In this document: positions 9,028 to 19,135 of the stretch, one piece after another
Position numbering within the stretch: position 1 is the first letter of the stretch
Layout of the letters: every line of letters begins with the position of its first letter
Assembly: GCA_002478275.1 (NCBI GenBank)
Contig: DLMY01000053.1
Location: 26,347 to 90,346, forward strand
Source of the DNA: Actinobacteria bacterium UBA7524
Lineage (GTDB): Bacteria > Actinomycetota > Coriobacteriia > Anaerosomatales > UBA912
DNA: 64,000 nucleotides
Direction: 5' to 3'
Translations under genes and position numbers: made by a program
The notes under the pieces: model-generated
Databases searched by the model: none
The model's input: only the letters and a program-made list of their open reading frames with translations
Told to the model about the DNA's origin: nothing

Positions 9028-9714
9028 GTGAAGATCGCAGTCGTTCAGCACCGTATCCGCGCCACCCTGTCCGAGGACGCCGATGCCCTGGTCGGTTCCG
9101 TTCTCGATGCATGCGCGGCCGGTGCTCGCGTGGTGGTCTGTCCGTGGATCCCCTCGATCGTCCACGCGCAAGAGGACGTGCGCGCGGATGTGCTTCAGAG
9201 GCTCGCCGCGTGCGAGGAGGGCACGACGTTGCTTGCGGCGTTCCGGGCGCCGGCGCAGGCCGCCAGCGTCAGGGTCAAGCAGACGCCACTGGGTCCCACC
9301 GCGTTGATGCTGGGCGACGAGTGCCTCATCGCAGGTTCCTATGCAGCCGCGGAGGAGGCGGGTGCGCTGGCCTGGATCTGGCGGCCCCTCTCCGAAAGCG
9401 ACCTTCAGGCCGAAGCGGTTCTGGAGCGGGCCATCGAGGCCAGCGCCTCGTACGTGGGACTGGTCATGATCGCCGAGTCCACCGGCGCGGAGCCCGGTGA
9501 AGTGGGGCATGGCGGCAGCGCGGTCCTGTACCTGGGAGACGTGGCTGCCGAGGCGGCCGGATCGGACGAGATCGTGTACGCGGAGATCGACGTGCCGGTC
9601 GATCTGCCCGAGATAAGGGAGCCGCTCTCATCGCTGTCGCCGATACTCGAGCAGCGCATCGCGGTACATGAAGGCCGCAAGGCGCAGGTCGGCTACCTGG
9701 CCGACATGTCCTAG
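9028..9714 (+). CDS. carbon-nitrogen hydrolase (nitrilase-superfamily)-like protein, possibly non-catalytic
   Basis: MKIAVVQ start, GARVVVCPW where family members have ...FPE, and a later GDEC segment. GTG start after GGAGGAA. Confidence 0.45.
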   Translation: MKIAVVQHRIRATLSEDADALVGSVLDACAAGARVVVCPWIPSIVHAQEDVRADVLQRLAACEEGTTLLAAFRAPAQAASVRVKQTPLGPTALMLGDECLIAGSYAAAEEAGALAWIWRPLSESDLQAEAVLERAIEASASYVGLVMIAESTGAEPGEVGHGGSAVLYLGDVAAEAAGSDEIVYAEIDVPVDLPEIREPLSSLSPILEQRIAVHEGRKAQVGYLADMS

Positions 9715-9823
9715 CCCTTCCGCGTGATAGAATCCTTCCAGCGTGTTTCCGCGACGGCCCTTGCCTGGGGCCGTCGGTCGTGTAGGGGGGCGTACCTGCG
9801 CCCGGACGGAGGGATCGATCGCG

Positions 9824-10759
9824 ATGCCGTTCCCGAAAGTGACAGTGGTCGGTGCGGGCCAGGTCGGTGCGACCGCCGCACATCTCATGCTGCTCAAGGA
9901 GCTCGCCGACGTGGTCTTGATGGACGTCGCCGAAGGGCTCCCGCAAGGTAAAGCACTCGACATGATGCACAGCCGTTCCGTCGAGCGGTTCGGACCGTCG
10001 GTCATCGGCACGAACGACTATGCCGATACGGCCGGCTCGGACATCATCGTCGTGACGGCCGGGCTGCCGCGCAAGCCCGGGATGACGCGCGATGACCTGC
10101 TGGCCGCGAACGCCTCGATCGTGCGTACGGTGGTCGAGCAGGCGATGCCCCACTCACCCGACGCCCTGCTCATGATGGTCACGAACCCCCTCGACGTCAT
10201 GGTCTACCTCGCCTACAAGACGAGCGGGCTTCCCGCACAGCGCGTGTTCGGGATGGGTGGCGTGCTTGACTCCGCCCGCTTCGCGTATGCCATCGCAGAG
10301 CGCATGGGCGTCCCCATCGGCGAGATCGAGGCGCTTGCTTGTGGTGCGCACGGTGATGCGATGGTCCCACTGCCGGCACACACGCTCGTGGGCGGACGCC
10401 CTCTCACCGAACTGCTCGACGCCGCAGACGTCGAAACCCTCGTGCAGCGCACGATCTTCGGCGGTGCCGAGGTCGTGACACTCCTCAAGAGCGGCAGCGC
10501 GTTCTACGCTCCCGCTGCCAGCATCGTGCGCATGGTCCAGGCGCTGCTGACCGACGAGCCGGCAGCCTTGCCCACATGCGCATACCTGGATGGCCACTAC
10601 GGCATCTCCGATGTCTACATGTCCGTTCCGGCGCTCCTCGGCAGGGAAGGTGTGCGGGACATCCCCGAGCTACCTCTGTCTGCCGAGGAGACCTCGGCGC
10701 TGCAGGCGTCCGCTGCGACTGTGGCAGAGACGCTGCGCGCGCTCGGGTTGCGGGAGTGA
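9824..10759 (+). CDS. mdh: malate dehydrogenase (LDH-like family)
   Basis: KVTVVGAGQVG Rossmann motif. GLPRKPGMTRDDL has the Arg that specifies oxaloacetate. ATG at 9824 lies within the longer ORF. Confidence 0.88.
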   Translation: MPFPKVTVVGAGQVGATAAHLMLLKELADVVLMDVAEGLPQGKALDMMHSRSVERFGPSVIGTNDYADTAGSDIIVVTAGLPRKPGMTRDDLLAANASIVRTVVEQAMPHSPDALLMMVTNPLDVMVYLAYKTSGLPAQRVFGMGGVLDSARFAYAIAERMGVPIGEIEALACGAHGDAMVPLPAHTLVGGRPLTELLDAADVETLVQRTIFGGAEVVTLLKSGSAFYAPAASIVRMVQALLTDEPAALPTCAYLDGHYGISDVYMSVPALLGREGVRDIPELPLSAEETSALQASAATVAETLRALGLRE

Positions 10760-10763
10760 TCGC

Positions 10764-11603
10764 GTGCTCGACACCGGCCGCATAGCCGAGGCGGTCCGCG
10801 GTGCGATCGTGCGCGCGGCGAGCGAACTTCGCCCGGACGTACACGCGGCGTTGCGGCAGGCCCACGCTACAGAGCGTTCGCCGCGTGGTCGCGGCGTGAT
10901 CGAGCAGCTGTTGCAGAACGCCGACATCGCCGCTGCAGATAGCGTGCCGTTGTGCCAGGACACGGGCACCGTCTGGGTGTGGGTCGAGATCGGAGCGCAG
11001 GAGTGCCTCCGTGAGCCGCTCCAGGCGCCGATCGACCAGGCGGTCTCGTCGGCGTACCGCGAGGCGGGGCTGCGCATGAGTGTGGCGCGAGATGCGCTGT
11101 TCGACCGCTCCAACACCGGCGACAACACCCCTGCGTTCCTGGATGTCACGATGCGCCCGGGTACGGGTGCGACGGTGCACGTGATGCTCAAGGGCGGGGG
11201 ATCGGACAACGCGTCGCAGGTCGTCATGGTTCCGCCAGGAGCAGGGGAACAGGGTGTGCGCGAGGTGGTCATGCGCGCGGTCGAACTCAACGCCCCCAAC
11301 GCGTGTCCGCCGTTGGTGGTGGGGGTGGGCGTGGGCTCGACCTTCGACAAGGTGGGCGTGCTGTCCAAGCGTGCGCTGCTGCGCCGTATCGGCACGTCGG
11401 CCGCAAGCCCGGCCCACGCGGCGTTCGAGCGTTCGCTGCTCGCCGACATCAACGCCGTCGGGATCGGACCAGGCGGGATGGGAGGCGACACGACGGCGCT
11501 CGCCGTTCATGTGGCAACGGCCCCCTGCCACATCGCGTCGTTGCCGGTCGCAGTGAACGTCGGTTGCTGTGCGATCAGGTCGGTGAGCGTGGATGTCGCC
11601 TGA
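10764..11603 (+). CDS. class I (Fe-S) fumarate hydratase / tartrate dehydratase, alpha (N-terminal domain) subunit
   Basis: PLCQDTGT motif, KGGGSDN, and a length of about 280 aa. GTG at 10764 is 2 nt after the mdh stop. Confidence 0.85.
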   Translation: MLDTGRIAEAVRGAIVRAASELRPDVHAALRQAHATERSPRGRGVIEQLLQNADIAAADSVPLCQDTGTVWVWVEIGAQECLREPLQAPIDQAVSSAYREAGLRMSVARDALFDRSNTGDNTPAFLDVTMRPGTGATVHVMLKGGGSDNASQVVMVPPGAGEQGVREVVMRAVELNAPNACPPLVVGVGVGSTFDKVGVLSKRALLRRIGTSAASPAHAAFERSLLADINAVGIGPGGMGGDTTALAVHVATAPCHIASLPVAVNVGCCAIRSVSVDVA

Positions 11604-13065
11604 TACGGTCGACGGCACCACCTTCCAGGCGCACGAGGCGGCCGAACTCACGCGGGGAGGGTATCGCCGCCTGATCGCGAACGGGCGCTTCAGGCGCTTG
11701 TGGCTCAGCCAGTTCGTGAGCGGCATCGGCGATTGGCTTGTGATCGGCTTTCTGATGCCGCTCGTCACGACGCTTTCGGGAGGATCGGCGTTCGCGGTCG
11801 CCGGTATCCTGATCGCCAAGATCATCCCGGCACTGGTGTTCTCCTCGGTCATAGGCGTGTTCGTCGACCGCTTCGACCGGCGTCGCACCATGATCGCCGC
11901 CGATCTCGTGCGAGCCGTGCTGACGCTCGGACTCTTCTTCACCAACAGCCTGATGGTCATCTATGCGGTCGTGTTGCTGATGGAGCTCGCGTCGCTGTTC
12001 TTCTTCCCGGCGAAGAACGCGCTGATCCCGTATCTTGTCGCCGAGGAGGACGTCACCGCCGCCAACGCGATGTCGTACACGACCCAGCAGGCGAGCATGC
12101 TCGTGGGTCTGGCAGCGTCCGGCGCGATCCTGGCCGGCTTCGAGGCGGTCGTGCGCATGGTGCTCGCGGCCGATCTGCCGATCGTGACCAGCCTGGCGGG
12201 GACCTTCGCCCCCGCGTTGCTCGGACCGCGCGCGGGGGTCTTCGTCAACACGCTCACGTTCCTCGTGTCGGCCGCGGCGATCTGGGGCATACGCATCGCC
12301 GCCCGTGCGTCGCATGAAGGATCGAGACTCGACATCTCCCTGGTGGGCAGCGACGTACTCGAGTCTTTGCGCTTCCTGCGCGACCATGGCGAGCTCAGAG
12401 GGTTCATGGTCACTATCGGCATGGCCATCCTCGGCGGAGGCACGATCATCCCCGTGGGGCTGATACACGTGCAGCAGAACCTGAGCGGGGGCGGTGTGCC
12501 GATCTTCGAGGAGATCGAATTCCTGCATCGTCTCAGCGCCGCGCCGCAGACCTTCATGCTCGTGTTGCTTGCGGTCGGGATGCTTGCCGGGGCGCTGGCG
12601 GTGCCGCGTCTCGCGCACGGGATGTCGCTGCAGCTGCTGTTCTTAGGGGGTGTCGCCGGCTTCGGGCTCGCGATGCTGGGCTTCGCGAGCGTGTCGAGCT
12701 ACCTGTTGGCGAGTCTCTTCGCCGCGGCCGCGGGGTTGTGCATCGCCACCGTCACTGTGGCGGGCAACACCTACGTCATCCACACCGTCGCCGATGAGAT
12801 CCGGGGCCGCGTGTTCACCGCACTCGAATCACTCATCCGCATCTCGTTACTGCTCTCGATGATCGTCATGGCGCCGTTGGGCGACTTCGCCGCCGGCATC
12901 TTGAAGCGCTTCGTCGAGTCGCGCGACATGGCGCCGGCCGACCTGGTGGTCACCGGGTCGCAGATCGCGCTGCAGCTCGCTGCGCTGGTGGTGCTTGCGG
13001 CAGCGGTGTACGCTTTCAGGACGCTGAATTGGCGCCGCTGCAAAGAGGAGGGCGTACATGTCTGA
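11593..13065 (+). CDS. MFS transporter (MFS_3/EntS-like exporter type)
   Basis: FRRLWLSQFVSGIGDWL N-terminal signature and about 12 TM segments. It overlaps both neighbours. Confidence 0.8.
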   Translation: MSPDTVDGTTFQAHEAAELTRGGYRRLIANGRFRRLWLSQFVSGIGDWLVIGFLMPLVTTLSGGSAFAVAGILIAKIIPALVFSSVIGVFVDRFDRRRTMIAADLVRAVLTLGLFFTNSLMVIYAVVLLMELASLFFFPAKNALIPYLVAEEDVTAANAMSYTTQQASMLVGLAASGAILAGFEAVVRMVLAADLPIVTSLAGTFAPALLGPRAGVFVNTLTFLVSAAAIWGIRIAARASHEGSRLDISLVGSDVLESLRFLRDHGELRGFMVTIGMAILGGGTIIPVGLIHVQQNLSGGGVPIFEEIEFLHRLSAAPQTFMLVLLAVGMLAGALAVPRLAHGMSLQLLFLGGVAGFGLAMLGFASVSSYLLASLFAAAAGLCIATVTVAGNTYVIHTVADEIRGRVFTALESLIRISLLLSMIVMAPLGDFAAGILKRFVESRDMAPADLVVTGSQIALQLAALVVLAAAVYAFRTLNWRRCKEEGVHV

Positions 13066-13651
13066 ACCGGTCATCCTCACGCTGCCGGTAGCACGGCAAG
13101 GCCTTCTGGCGCTCAAGGCCGGTGACGAAGTACTCCTCTCGGGCCCTGTCTATACCGCGCGCGACGCCACGCACGAGCGCCTGCTCGCGGAGACGAACGA
13201 GTCCGGCGGCAAGCTGCCTTACGGCCTCGAAGGCCAGACGCTCTTCTACGCGGGTCCCACTCCGCCTGCCGCCGGACGCCCGGCCGGTTCGGTCGGACCC
13301 ACGACCGCCAAGCGCATGGACCGCTACACCCCCGCGCTTCTCAAGGCCGGGATCGTGGCTACGATCGGCAAAGGTACACGTGCCGAGGAGATCGTTCGGG
13401 CTTGCCGCACCCACGGAGCCGTCTACTTCGCCGCTGTGGGCGGTTCGGCCGCGTTCCTGGCCACCAGGGTCGTGGCCGCCGAGCCGGTCGCTTATGAGGA
13501 CCTGGGGACCGAGGCCCTGGTGCGTCTGACGCTTCGCGACTTCCCGGTCGTGGTCGCGATCGACGCGACCGGCGATGCGTTTCTCGACCACGCAGCTTCG
13601 GACTGGCGCATGATGTCGGGCGGCGCCTCTTCGCGCGCAGGTGCGAGATGA
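13058..13651 (+). CDS. class I fumarate hydratase / tartrate dehydratase, beta (C-terminal domain) subunit
   Basis: LKAGDEVLLSGPVYTARDATH, GPTTAKRMD and IGKG motifs of the Fe-S hydro-lyase beta domain. Confidence 0.85.
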   Translation: MSEPVILTLPVARQGLLALKAGDEVLLSGPVYTARDATHERLLAETNESGGKLPYGLEGQTLFYAGPTPPAAGRPAGSVGPTTAKRMDRYTPALLKAGIVATIGKGTRAEEIVRACRTHGAVYFAAVGGSAAFLATRVVAAEPVAYEDLGTEALVRLTLRDFPVVVAIDATGDAFLDHAASDWRMMSGGASSRAGAR

Positions 13652-14301
13652 GCGCGCGCGGCCTGTTCATCACCTTCGAAGGTGGCGAGGGCTGCGGTAA
13701 GTCCACGCAGCTCCGGCTGCTTGCCGATGTACTCGAGCGAGCCGGGCTGGCAGTCGAGTCCCTCAGAGAGCCGGGCGGCACGAGGCTGGGCGAGATCGTG
13801 CGAGGGGCGCTTCTCGACCCAGATCACATCGAACTCGACGCGAGGGCCGAGCTGCTTCTGTACGAGGCATCGCGAGCGCAGCTGGTCTCCGAGCGCATCA
13901 GGCCGACGATGGTGACGGGCGACGCCGTACTCTGTGACCGCTTCACCGATTCGACGATCGCGTATCAGGGCTACGGGCGCGGGTTGCCGCTCGACGAGAT
14001 AGCATCGCTTAACGACACCGCGACCGGCGGCCTGGTCCCTGACCTCACGCTCCTGCTCGATATCGAGCCGACGCTGGGTCTGGCACGGGCGACCGGTGGT
14101 GGCGCCGACCGCCTCGAGGCCGAAGACCACTCGTTCCACGACCGTGTCCGCCAGGGCTTCCTCATGCTCGCCGCCGACGAGCCGCAGCGTTTCGCGGTCA
14201 TCGATGCGAGCCGAACCGTCGACGAGGTCCATGCGGCAGTGCTCTACGCGGTCAAGCGTGTCCCGGTGCTCGCCGTGTTGTTGCGGGAGGGCGAGCGGTG
14301 A
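13648..14301 (+). CDS. tmk: thymidylate kinase
   Basis: FITFEGGEGCGKSTQ P-loop, LREPGGT and DRF motifs. ATGA overlap with the upstream gene. Confidence 0.92.
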   Translation: MSARGLFITFEGGEGCGKSTQLRLLADVLERAGLAVESLREPGGTRLGEIVRGALLDPDHIELDARAELLLYEASRAQLVSERIRPTMVTGDAVLCDRFTDSTIAYQGYGRGLPLDEIASLNDTATGGLVPDLTLLLDIEPTLGLARATGGGADRLEAEDHSFHDRVRQGFLMLAADEPQRFAVIDASRTVDEVHAAVLYAVKRVPVLAVLLREGER

Positions 14302-15428
14302 CCCGCACCTGCGCGTGGGACGAGCTGATCGGCCAGACCAGAGCGGTCACGCATCTCCGTGCGGCAGTGGAGACCGGCAGCGTGGCGCATGCGTACCTGT
14401 TCGTGGGCCCTCCCGGCGCGGGGAAGAAGCGTGCAGCCAAAGCGCTTGCCTGCGCTCTCATATGCGACGATGGAGGATGTGGCTCGTGCCGCACCTGCTA
14501 CAGGATCAAGCGAGGACTCCATCCGGACGTGAGGATCTACGAGCCCGAGGGCGCGGCCAGCTACCTGCTCGACGAGCAGATCCGCCCGCTCATCCACGAC
14601 GTGCACTTAAGGCCCAACGAGGCCGATGTGAAGGTCTACGTCCTCGCGCAGGCCGACCTGATGCGAGACGCGCAGGCCAACGCGTTCCTCAAGACACTTG
14701 AAGAGCCTCCGCCTAACGTGGTCATGGTGCTGCTCGCCCCGGCGTACGACTCGGTGCTGCCCACTGTGGCCTCGCGCTGCCAGATCGTGCGCTTCACCTC
14801 GGTCCCCCCGCAGACCGCCGAGCGCCTCCTGGCCGAGCGTACCGGCGCCGCGCCTGCTGAAGCCCGCGCGGCCCTCGCCGCGACCGGTGGTGTGCTCTCC
14901 AACGCCGTCGAGTTCCTTGAGTCCTCGGGCCGCAGAGAGGCCCGCAGCCGCATGCTCGCCATCCTCAAGGACCTGACCGCTTACGACGCTCACGATGTCC
15001 TGCAAGCCGCCCGTGAACTGCTCGTCCTGGTCAAGGCTCCACTCGAGGAGCTCAAAGCCATACACGCCGAGGAGATCCGGGACCGCGACGAGTTCGTCGG
15101 CAAGGTCCCGGGCAAGGCGATGGAGGACCGGCACAAGCGACAGCTCACGGCGCGTGAGCGGGAGGGCATCACCGAGGTCCTGAGCATCGCGGAGAGTTGG
15201 CTGAGGGATTGCTTGGCCCTGTCCCAGGGTCTTGATGGTATGGTGGTCAACGGCGACGTCAAGGATGCCATGTACGAAGTGGCCGGCGTCATCACCCCTT
15301 CAGCCGCCATACGGGCGCTGGATGCCGTTCGCGAGGCCCGGCGGCGCATTTCGTATAATGTGAGTCCCCAGCTGGCCGTTGAGGCCATGCTATTCGATAT
15401 CCAGGAGGTACTTCTGTGCCCACGGTAG
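14298..15428 (+). CDS. holB: DNA polymerase III delta-prime subunit
   Basis: HAYLFVGPPGAGK, a Cys cluster (CxxxxCGSCRTC), NAFLKTLEEPP and SRCQ motifs. Confidence 0.88.
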   Translation: MTRTCAWDELIGQTRAVTHLRAAVETGSVAHAYLFVGPPGAGKKRAAKALACALICDDGGCGSCRTCYRIKRGLHPDVRIYEPEGAASYLLDEQIRPLIHDVHLRPNEADVKVYVLAQADLMRDAQANAFLKTLEEPPPNVVMVLLAPAYDSVLPTVASRCQIVRFTSVPPQTAERLLAERTGAAPAEARAALAATGGVLSNAVEFLESSGRREARSRMLAILKDLTAYDAHDVLQAARELLVLVKAPLEELKAIHAEEIRDRDEFVGKVPGKAMEDRHKRQLTAREREGITEVLSIAESWLRDCLALSQGLDGMVVNGDVKDAMYEVAGVITPSAAIRALDAVREARRRISYNVSPQLAVEAMLFDIQEVLLCPR

Positions 15429-16657
15429 TGGGAGTCAAACTCCGCACGGTCCCGAAGGTGCTGTGGTTCGACCCGGGCGAGCACGATCCCGCAGTCAACG
15501 ACATCGTCGTCGTCGAGACCGAGCGTGGCACCGAGATGGGCATCGTGGCTGAAGCCAGCCACGAGGTCGAGGCATCGCGTCTTTCCTCGGCGCTCAAGCC
15601 GGTCGTCCGCATGGCAGACGAGGAGGACCTGGCCAGAGCCGACGAACTCGTGGAGAAGGAAGCTGTCGCGCTCAAGACCTTCCGCGAGGCCGTCAAGAAG
15701 CATGGCCTGGACATGAAGCCGATCGATGCCGAGTACCTGTTCAGCGGCGATAAGCTCATCTTCTACTTCTCCGCCGAGGAACGCGTGGACTTTCGCGAGC
15801 TCGTGCGTGAGCTGGCGTCCGAGTTCAAGACGCGGATCGATATGAGGCAGATCGGCGTGCGCGATGAAGCGCGGATGATCGGCGGGCTGGGGCATTGCGG
15901 TGAGCAGCTTTGCTGCGTGCGTTTCGCGGGAGACTTCCAGCCGGTCTCGATCCGTATGGCCAAAGAGCAAGACCTGCCTCTGAACCCCTTGAAAATCAGC
16001 GGGCTGTGCGGCAGACTCATGTGCTGTCTGCGCTACGAGTTCGATGCGTACAAGGACTTCAAGTCCAGGGCACCCAAGCGTGGAGCGCTCGTGCAGACGC
16101 CGATCGGCGAGGGCAAGGTCGCCGATCTGAACACTCCCCGGGAGACGGTCACGGTGCGCGTGCCACAGGCCGGTTCGATGACGGTGCCGCTCTCGGCGAT
16201 GGAGTGCTGTTCGGACAAGGGATGTCCTTGCGTGATCAAGCGCGAGGCGCTCGAACAGGCGGGCGTGAGCCTTCCGGTCGTGATAGCTGCGGCGCTCGAC
16301 AGAGAAGGCGGCGCTCCCGAGCGCTCCGGCAAGAGAGGTGATGCCGGAAGCTCGGGTAGGAGGAGCGGCGCCGAGCGCGCCGGGCGACCCAAGCCCGAGG
16401 GTGCGGCGAGTGCCGGTGACGAGCAGCAGAAGCAGGCTGGTCCGTCCAAGAGGAGTCGCCGCTCCAAGGGCGGCAAGTCCAAGGGTGCGCAGGGTGCGCA
16501 GGGTGCGCAGGACAAGAGGTCCGGCTCACCGGGTGACGCCGGAAGTGCTGGCGGGCCGGCAGATGCGGCGAAGGCGAAGTCGTCAGGACGTCGCAGGCGC
16601 CGGCGCAGGCCGGGCGGAGGCTCGTCCGGTGCGGGATCGGGTTCGGGCTCCAGTTAA
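15416..16657 (+). CDS. ricT: PSP1-domain protein RicT/YaaT-like with a long Gly/Ser/Arg-rich tail
   Basis: VVGVKLR...WFDPG start and the PSP1 C-terminal Cys motifs (CGEQLCC, CGRLMCCLRYE). It follows holB, as in Firmicutes and Actinobacteria. Confidence 0.85.
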   Translation: MPTVVGVKLRTVPKVLWFDPGEHDPAVNDIVVVETERGTEMGIVAEASHEVEASRLSSALKPVVRMADEEDLARADELVEKEAVALKTFREAVKKHGLDMKPIDAEYLFSGDKLIFYFSAEERVDFRELVRELASEFKTRIDMRQIGVRDEARMIGGLGHCGEQLCCVRFAGDFQPVSIRMAKEQDLPLNPLKISGLCGRLMCCLRYEFDAYKDFKSRAPKRGALVQTPIGEGKVADLNTPRETVTVRVPQAGSMTVPLSAMECCSDKGCPCVIKREALEQAGVSLPVVIAAALDREGGAPERSGKRGDAGSSGRRSGAERAGRPKPEGAASAGDEQQKQAGPSKRSRRSKGGKSKGAQGAQGAQDKRSGSPGDAGSAGGPADAAKAKSSGRRRRRRRPGGGSSGAGSGSGSS

Positions 16658-16686
16658 GGAGCGCCCGGGCAGATGACATTTGATAG

Positions 16687-16762
16687 GCCGACGTAGCTCA
16701 GCTGGTAGAGCAACGCACTCGTAATGCGTAGGTCAGGGGTTCGAGTCCCCTCGTCGGCTCCA
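16687..16762 (+). tRNA. tRNA-Thr: tRNA-Thr (anticodon CGT), CCA encoded
   Basis: Cloverleaf folded by hand: acceptor GCCGACG/CGTCGGC, D arm GCTC/GAGC, anticodon stem ACGCA/TGCGT with loop CTCGTAA, T arm AGGGG-TTCGAGT-CCCCT, discriminator T, then CCA. Confidence 0.9.
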
Positions 16763-16792
16763 TGCATTGACCTGCGGAAACGCAGTTAAGAG

Positions 16793-16821
16793 AGGCCCGC
16801 CGGGATGCTCCTGGCGGGCCT
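16793..16821. terminator. bidirectional intrinsic-terminator-like hairpin between tRNA-Thr and the convergent MCP gene
   Basis: AGGCCCGCC-(11 nt loop)-GGCGGGCCT is a 9-bp GC-rich stem, followed by TTGTGCCTTT. Confidence 0.55.
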
Positions 16822-16835
16822 TGTGCCTTTCGTGC

Positions 16836-18857
16836 TTACGTGCGAAACGCGCTGAGGGAATGCTCCAGCTCGGTACTGTGGCTCACTATTCCTTCGACCG
16901 AGGACTCGACCTGGCGCGCGGCGGATGCCGTGTCCGATGCAGCCGCCGTTACCTGTTGCATCGCCTGCACCACCTGTTCGGCGGCGGCGCGCTGTTCGTC
17001 GGCTGCAGCCGCGATCTCTCGAGCTGCCGCGGCGGTCGCCGCCATCTTGTCGACGATACCCGCGAACGCCTCCTCGCTCCGCTGTCCGCGCTCGGTGGCG
17101 TCGGCGACCTCTCGGCTCTGCCGCTCGGCTGCGGTCACGAGTGACGTGGAACCGTCGTGGATGGTATGCAGCAGCGATTCGATGCTGGAGGTCGAATCGG
17201 TGACCGACTCGGCCAGTGTTCTGATCTCTGTCGCCACGACCGCGAACCCGGCGCCTGCCTCACCTGCACGCGCCGCCTCGATCGCCGCGTTGAGTGCGAG
17301 GATCTTGGTCTGAGCGGCGATCGAGTCGATGATGCCGAGCACGTTGGTGATGTTGGTGGCGCTGTCGGCCAGCTGTTCTGCGGCCATTCTCGTCTTCTCG
17401 CTGTCGGCCGAGACGCGCCCGATACCTTCGATCGTCGACTCCAGCGTGCTCTCGCCCTCCTGCGCGGATTCGAGCGCGTCATCGGCCAGGTGCAACACGC
17501 GGTCGGCCGCGTCGGCTACTGCGCGATACGTCGCCGCCATCTCCTCTAGGGTGGCCGTCGTCTGGCTCACGGCCGACGCCTGCCTGCCGGAACCCTCCGA
17601 CTGCGTGCGCGCGGCGGCGCGGATGTCGTCCGATGAGGAACGGACCTCCTCGGCGGCCTGCTTAGCTCTGCCTATGACCGCTGCCAGGGTGCTTGTCATC
17701 GAGTTGAACGCCTCGCCGACGGTAACGGTCTCGCGTGTGCCGGTGGTCGGGACCTCGACGGTCAGGTCGCCACCGGTGATCGCAACCGCCGACTGGCCGA
17801 TCGCGGCAAGGGGGGAGGACACTCTGCGCGCGATGAACGAACCCGCGAAGAACGCCGCCGCCAAGCCGAAGATCGCCGCGCTGCCGAACTTGAGCACGAA
17901 CGCCCGGGAGGCAGCCGCGTACGGTGCCAGAGGCAGGCCGACGAAGAGCATCCCGATGGTCTCGCCGTCGGGGTCCTCGATCGGGTCATAGGCGGTCATC
18001 ATGTCCTGCCCGACGACGACGGCTTCGCCGCGATAGGGCTCCTCGGCATCTATCGTCGTTTCCCGGACCCGGTCCATGACGACCGTCCCGTAGGCCTTCG
18101 TCCCCTCTGCGGTGGTCACCGTCGTCGAGATGCGGACCTCGTGCTGGAAGATGGTCGCCGCTCCGTCGCTGCGCGACACGATGCGGTCGACGAGTGTGGA
18201 GGTCATGTTCACGGGCTCGACACCCATGAGAGCGCCCAGGACGACACCGTCGCTGTTCTTCACCGGCACGGTAGCGACAGAGCTCAGCGCTCCGTCGAGT
18301 TCCGGATGGATGACGGTTCCTCCGTCGGTGGGCTTGACCTCGATCGATGCCGCATCGATGAATCCGACTGCGACGAGTTCCTCGTTGGGGACGATGTCGA
18401 AGGTGATCACCGGGTCGTCTCCGAGTGCGCGCTGGACCGGACCGTAGTCGGCTCGCGCGATTGGCGAGGAGCCATGGCTGCCGGCCAGGGCCGTGGCGGA
18501 CCCGTTGTAGGCGAGCACGTACGTGTCCGTCGACTCTGCCACCGCTTGCGACAGTATCGCCTCGATCGCAGCCGTGTCCCTGCTGGCGAAGGCGTCTATC
18601 AACGCGCGGTCGGTCGCGATGGCTGTCAGTTCACGGGAGAGCGCCTCTTGGCTGGCGTTGACGACGTCGTGCGCCACCCTGATCCGGTCCTCGATCGTGC
18701 GAGCCGCCTCTTCATCCATCTGCGAGTTGAAGAGCGTGGTCGCGATGTAGCCTGCGATGAGCATGGGTACTATCGCGACCAGCAAGAACGCTATGGTCAA
18801 CCGGGCGAACAGCGTGGCTCTCGCGCCGAAGACCTTCGAAAGATCGATCCTAACCAT
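16836..18857 (-). CDS. methyl-accepting chemotaxis protein (extracellular Cache-like sensor, HAMP, MA signalling domain)
   Basis: The C-terminal highly conserved MCP hairpin region ([37 protein letters not shown]), a HAMP segment, two TM helices and a large periplasmic domain. The start is taken at MVRIDL (18857); the ORF is open to 18920. Confidence 0.88.
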   Translation of the reverse strand: MVRIDLSKVFGARATLFARLTIAFLLVAIVPMLIAGYIATTLFNSQMDEEAARTIEDRIRVAHDVVNASQEALSRELTAIATDRALIDAFASRDTAAIEAILSQAVAESTDTYVLAYNGSATALAGSHGSSPIARADYGPVQRALGDDPVITFDIVPNEELVAVGFIDAASIEVKPTDGGTVIHPELDGALSSVATVPVKNSDGVVLGALMGVEPVNMTSTLVDRIVSRSDGAATIFQHEVRISTTVTTAEGTKAYGTVVMDRVRETTIDAEEPYRGEAVVVGQDMMTAYDPIEDPDGETIGMLFVGLPLAPYAAASRAFVLKFGSAAIFGLAAAFFAGSFIARRVSSPLAAIGQSAVAITGGDLTVEVPTTGTRETVTVGEAFNSMTSTLAAVIGRAKQAAEEVRSSSDDIRAAARTQSEGSGRQASAVSQTTATLEEMAATYRAVADAADRVLHLADDALESAQEGESTLESTIEGIGRVSADSEKTRMAAEQLADSATNITNVLGIIDSIAAQTKILALNAAIEAARAGEAGAGFAVVATEIRTLAESVTDSTSSIESLLHTIHDGSTSLVTAAERQSREVADATERGQRSEEAFAGIVDKMAATAAAAREIAAAADEQRAAAEQVVQAMQQVTAAASDTASAARQVESSVEGIVSHSTELEHSLSAFRT

Positions 18858-19135
18858 GATTGCCCCCAAAACGTGCCGGCGGTCCGGGTTAGAAGTATGC
18901 ATCGGCAAACATTCTCGCACACATGAGTCGATACGAAATCATCATGCCGAGAAGCGCAGATTAGGAAAGATGTATACACTTTCGGTCGCGGGTTCGAAAA
19001 CCGCGCGATTCGTGTTGAAGCGTCACGCCAGGCTGTGATACGTTCACGGCAGGTTGCGGCCCTGAAACGGCGCCGCCGCCTCTGGCCGGGTGAGCACCCG
19101 GACCGACGACTGTCCTGGAGTATGAGAGGAGCGCG

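Noticed and set aside
10485-11960. 491-aa minus-strand ORF antisense to the fumarase alpha and MFS genes
   Set aside because: The composition is Arg/Pro/His/Ala-rich and no motifs are present. It completely overlaps two well-supported plus-strand genes. This is a typical stop-free antisense frame in high-GC DNA.
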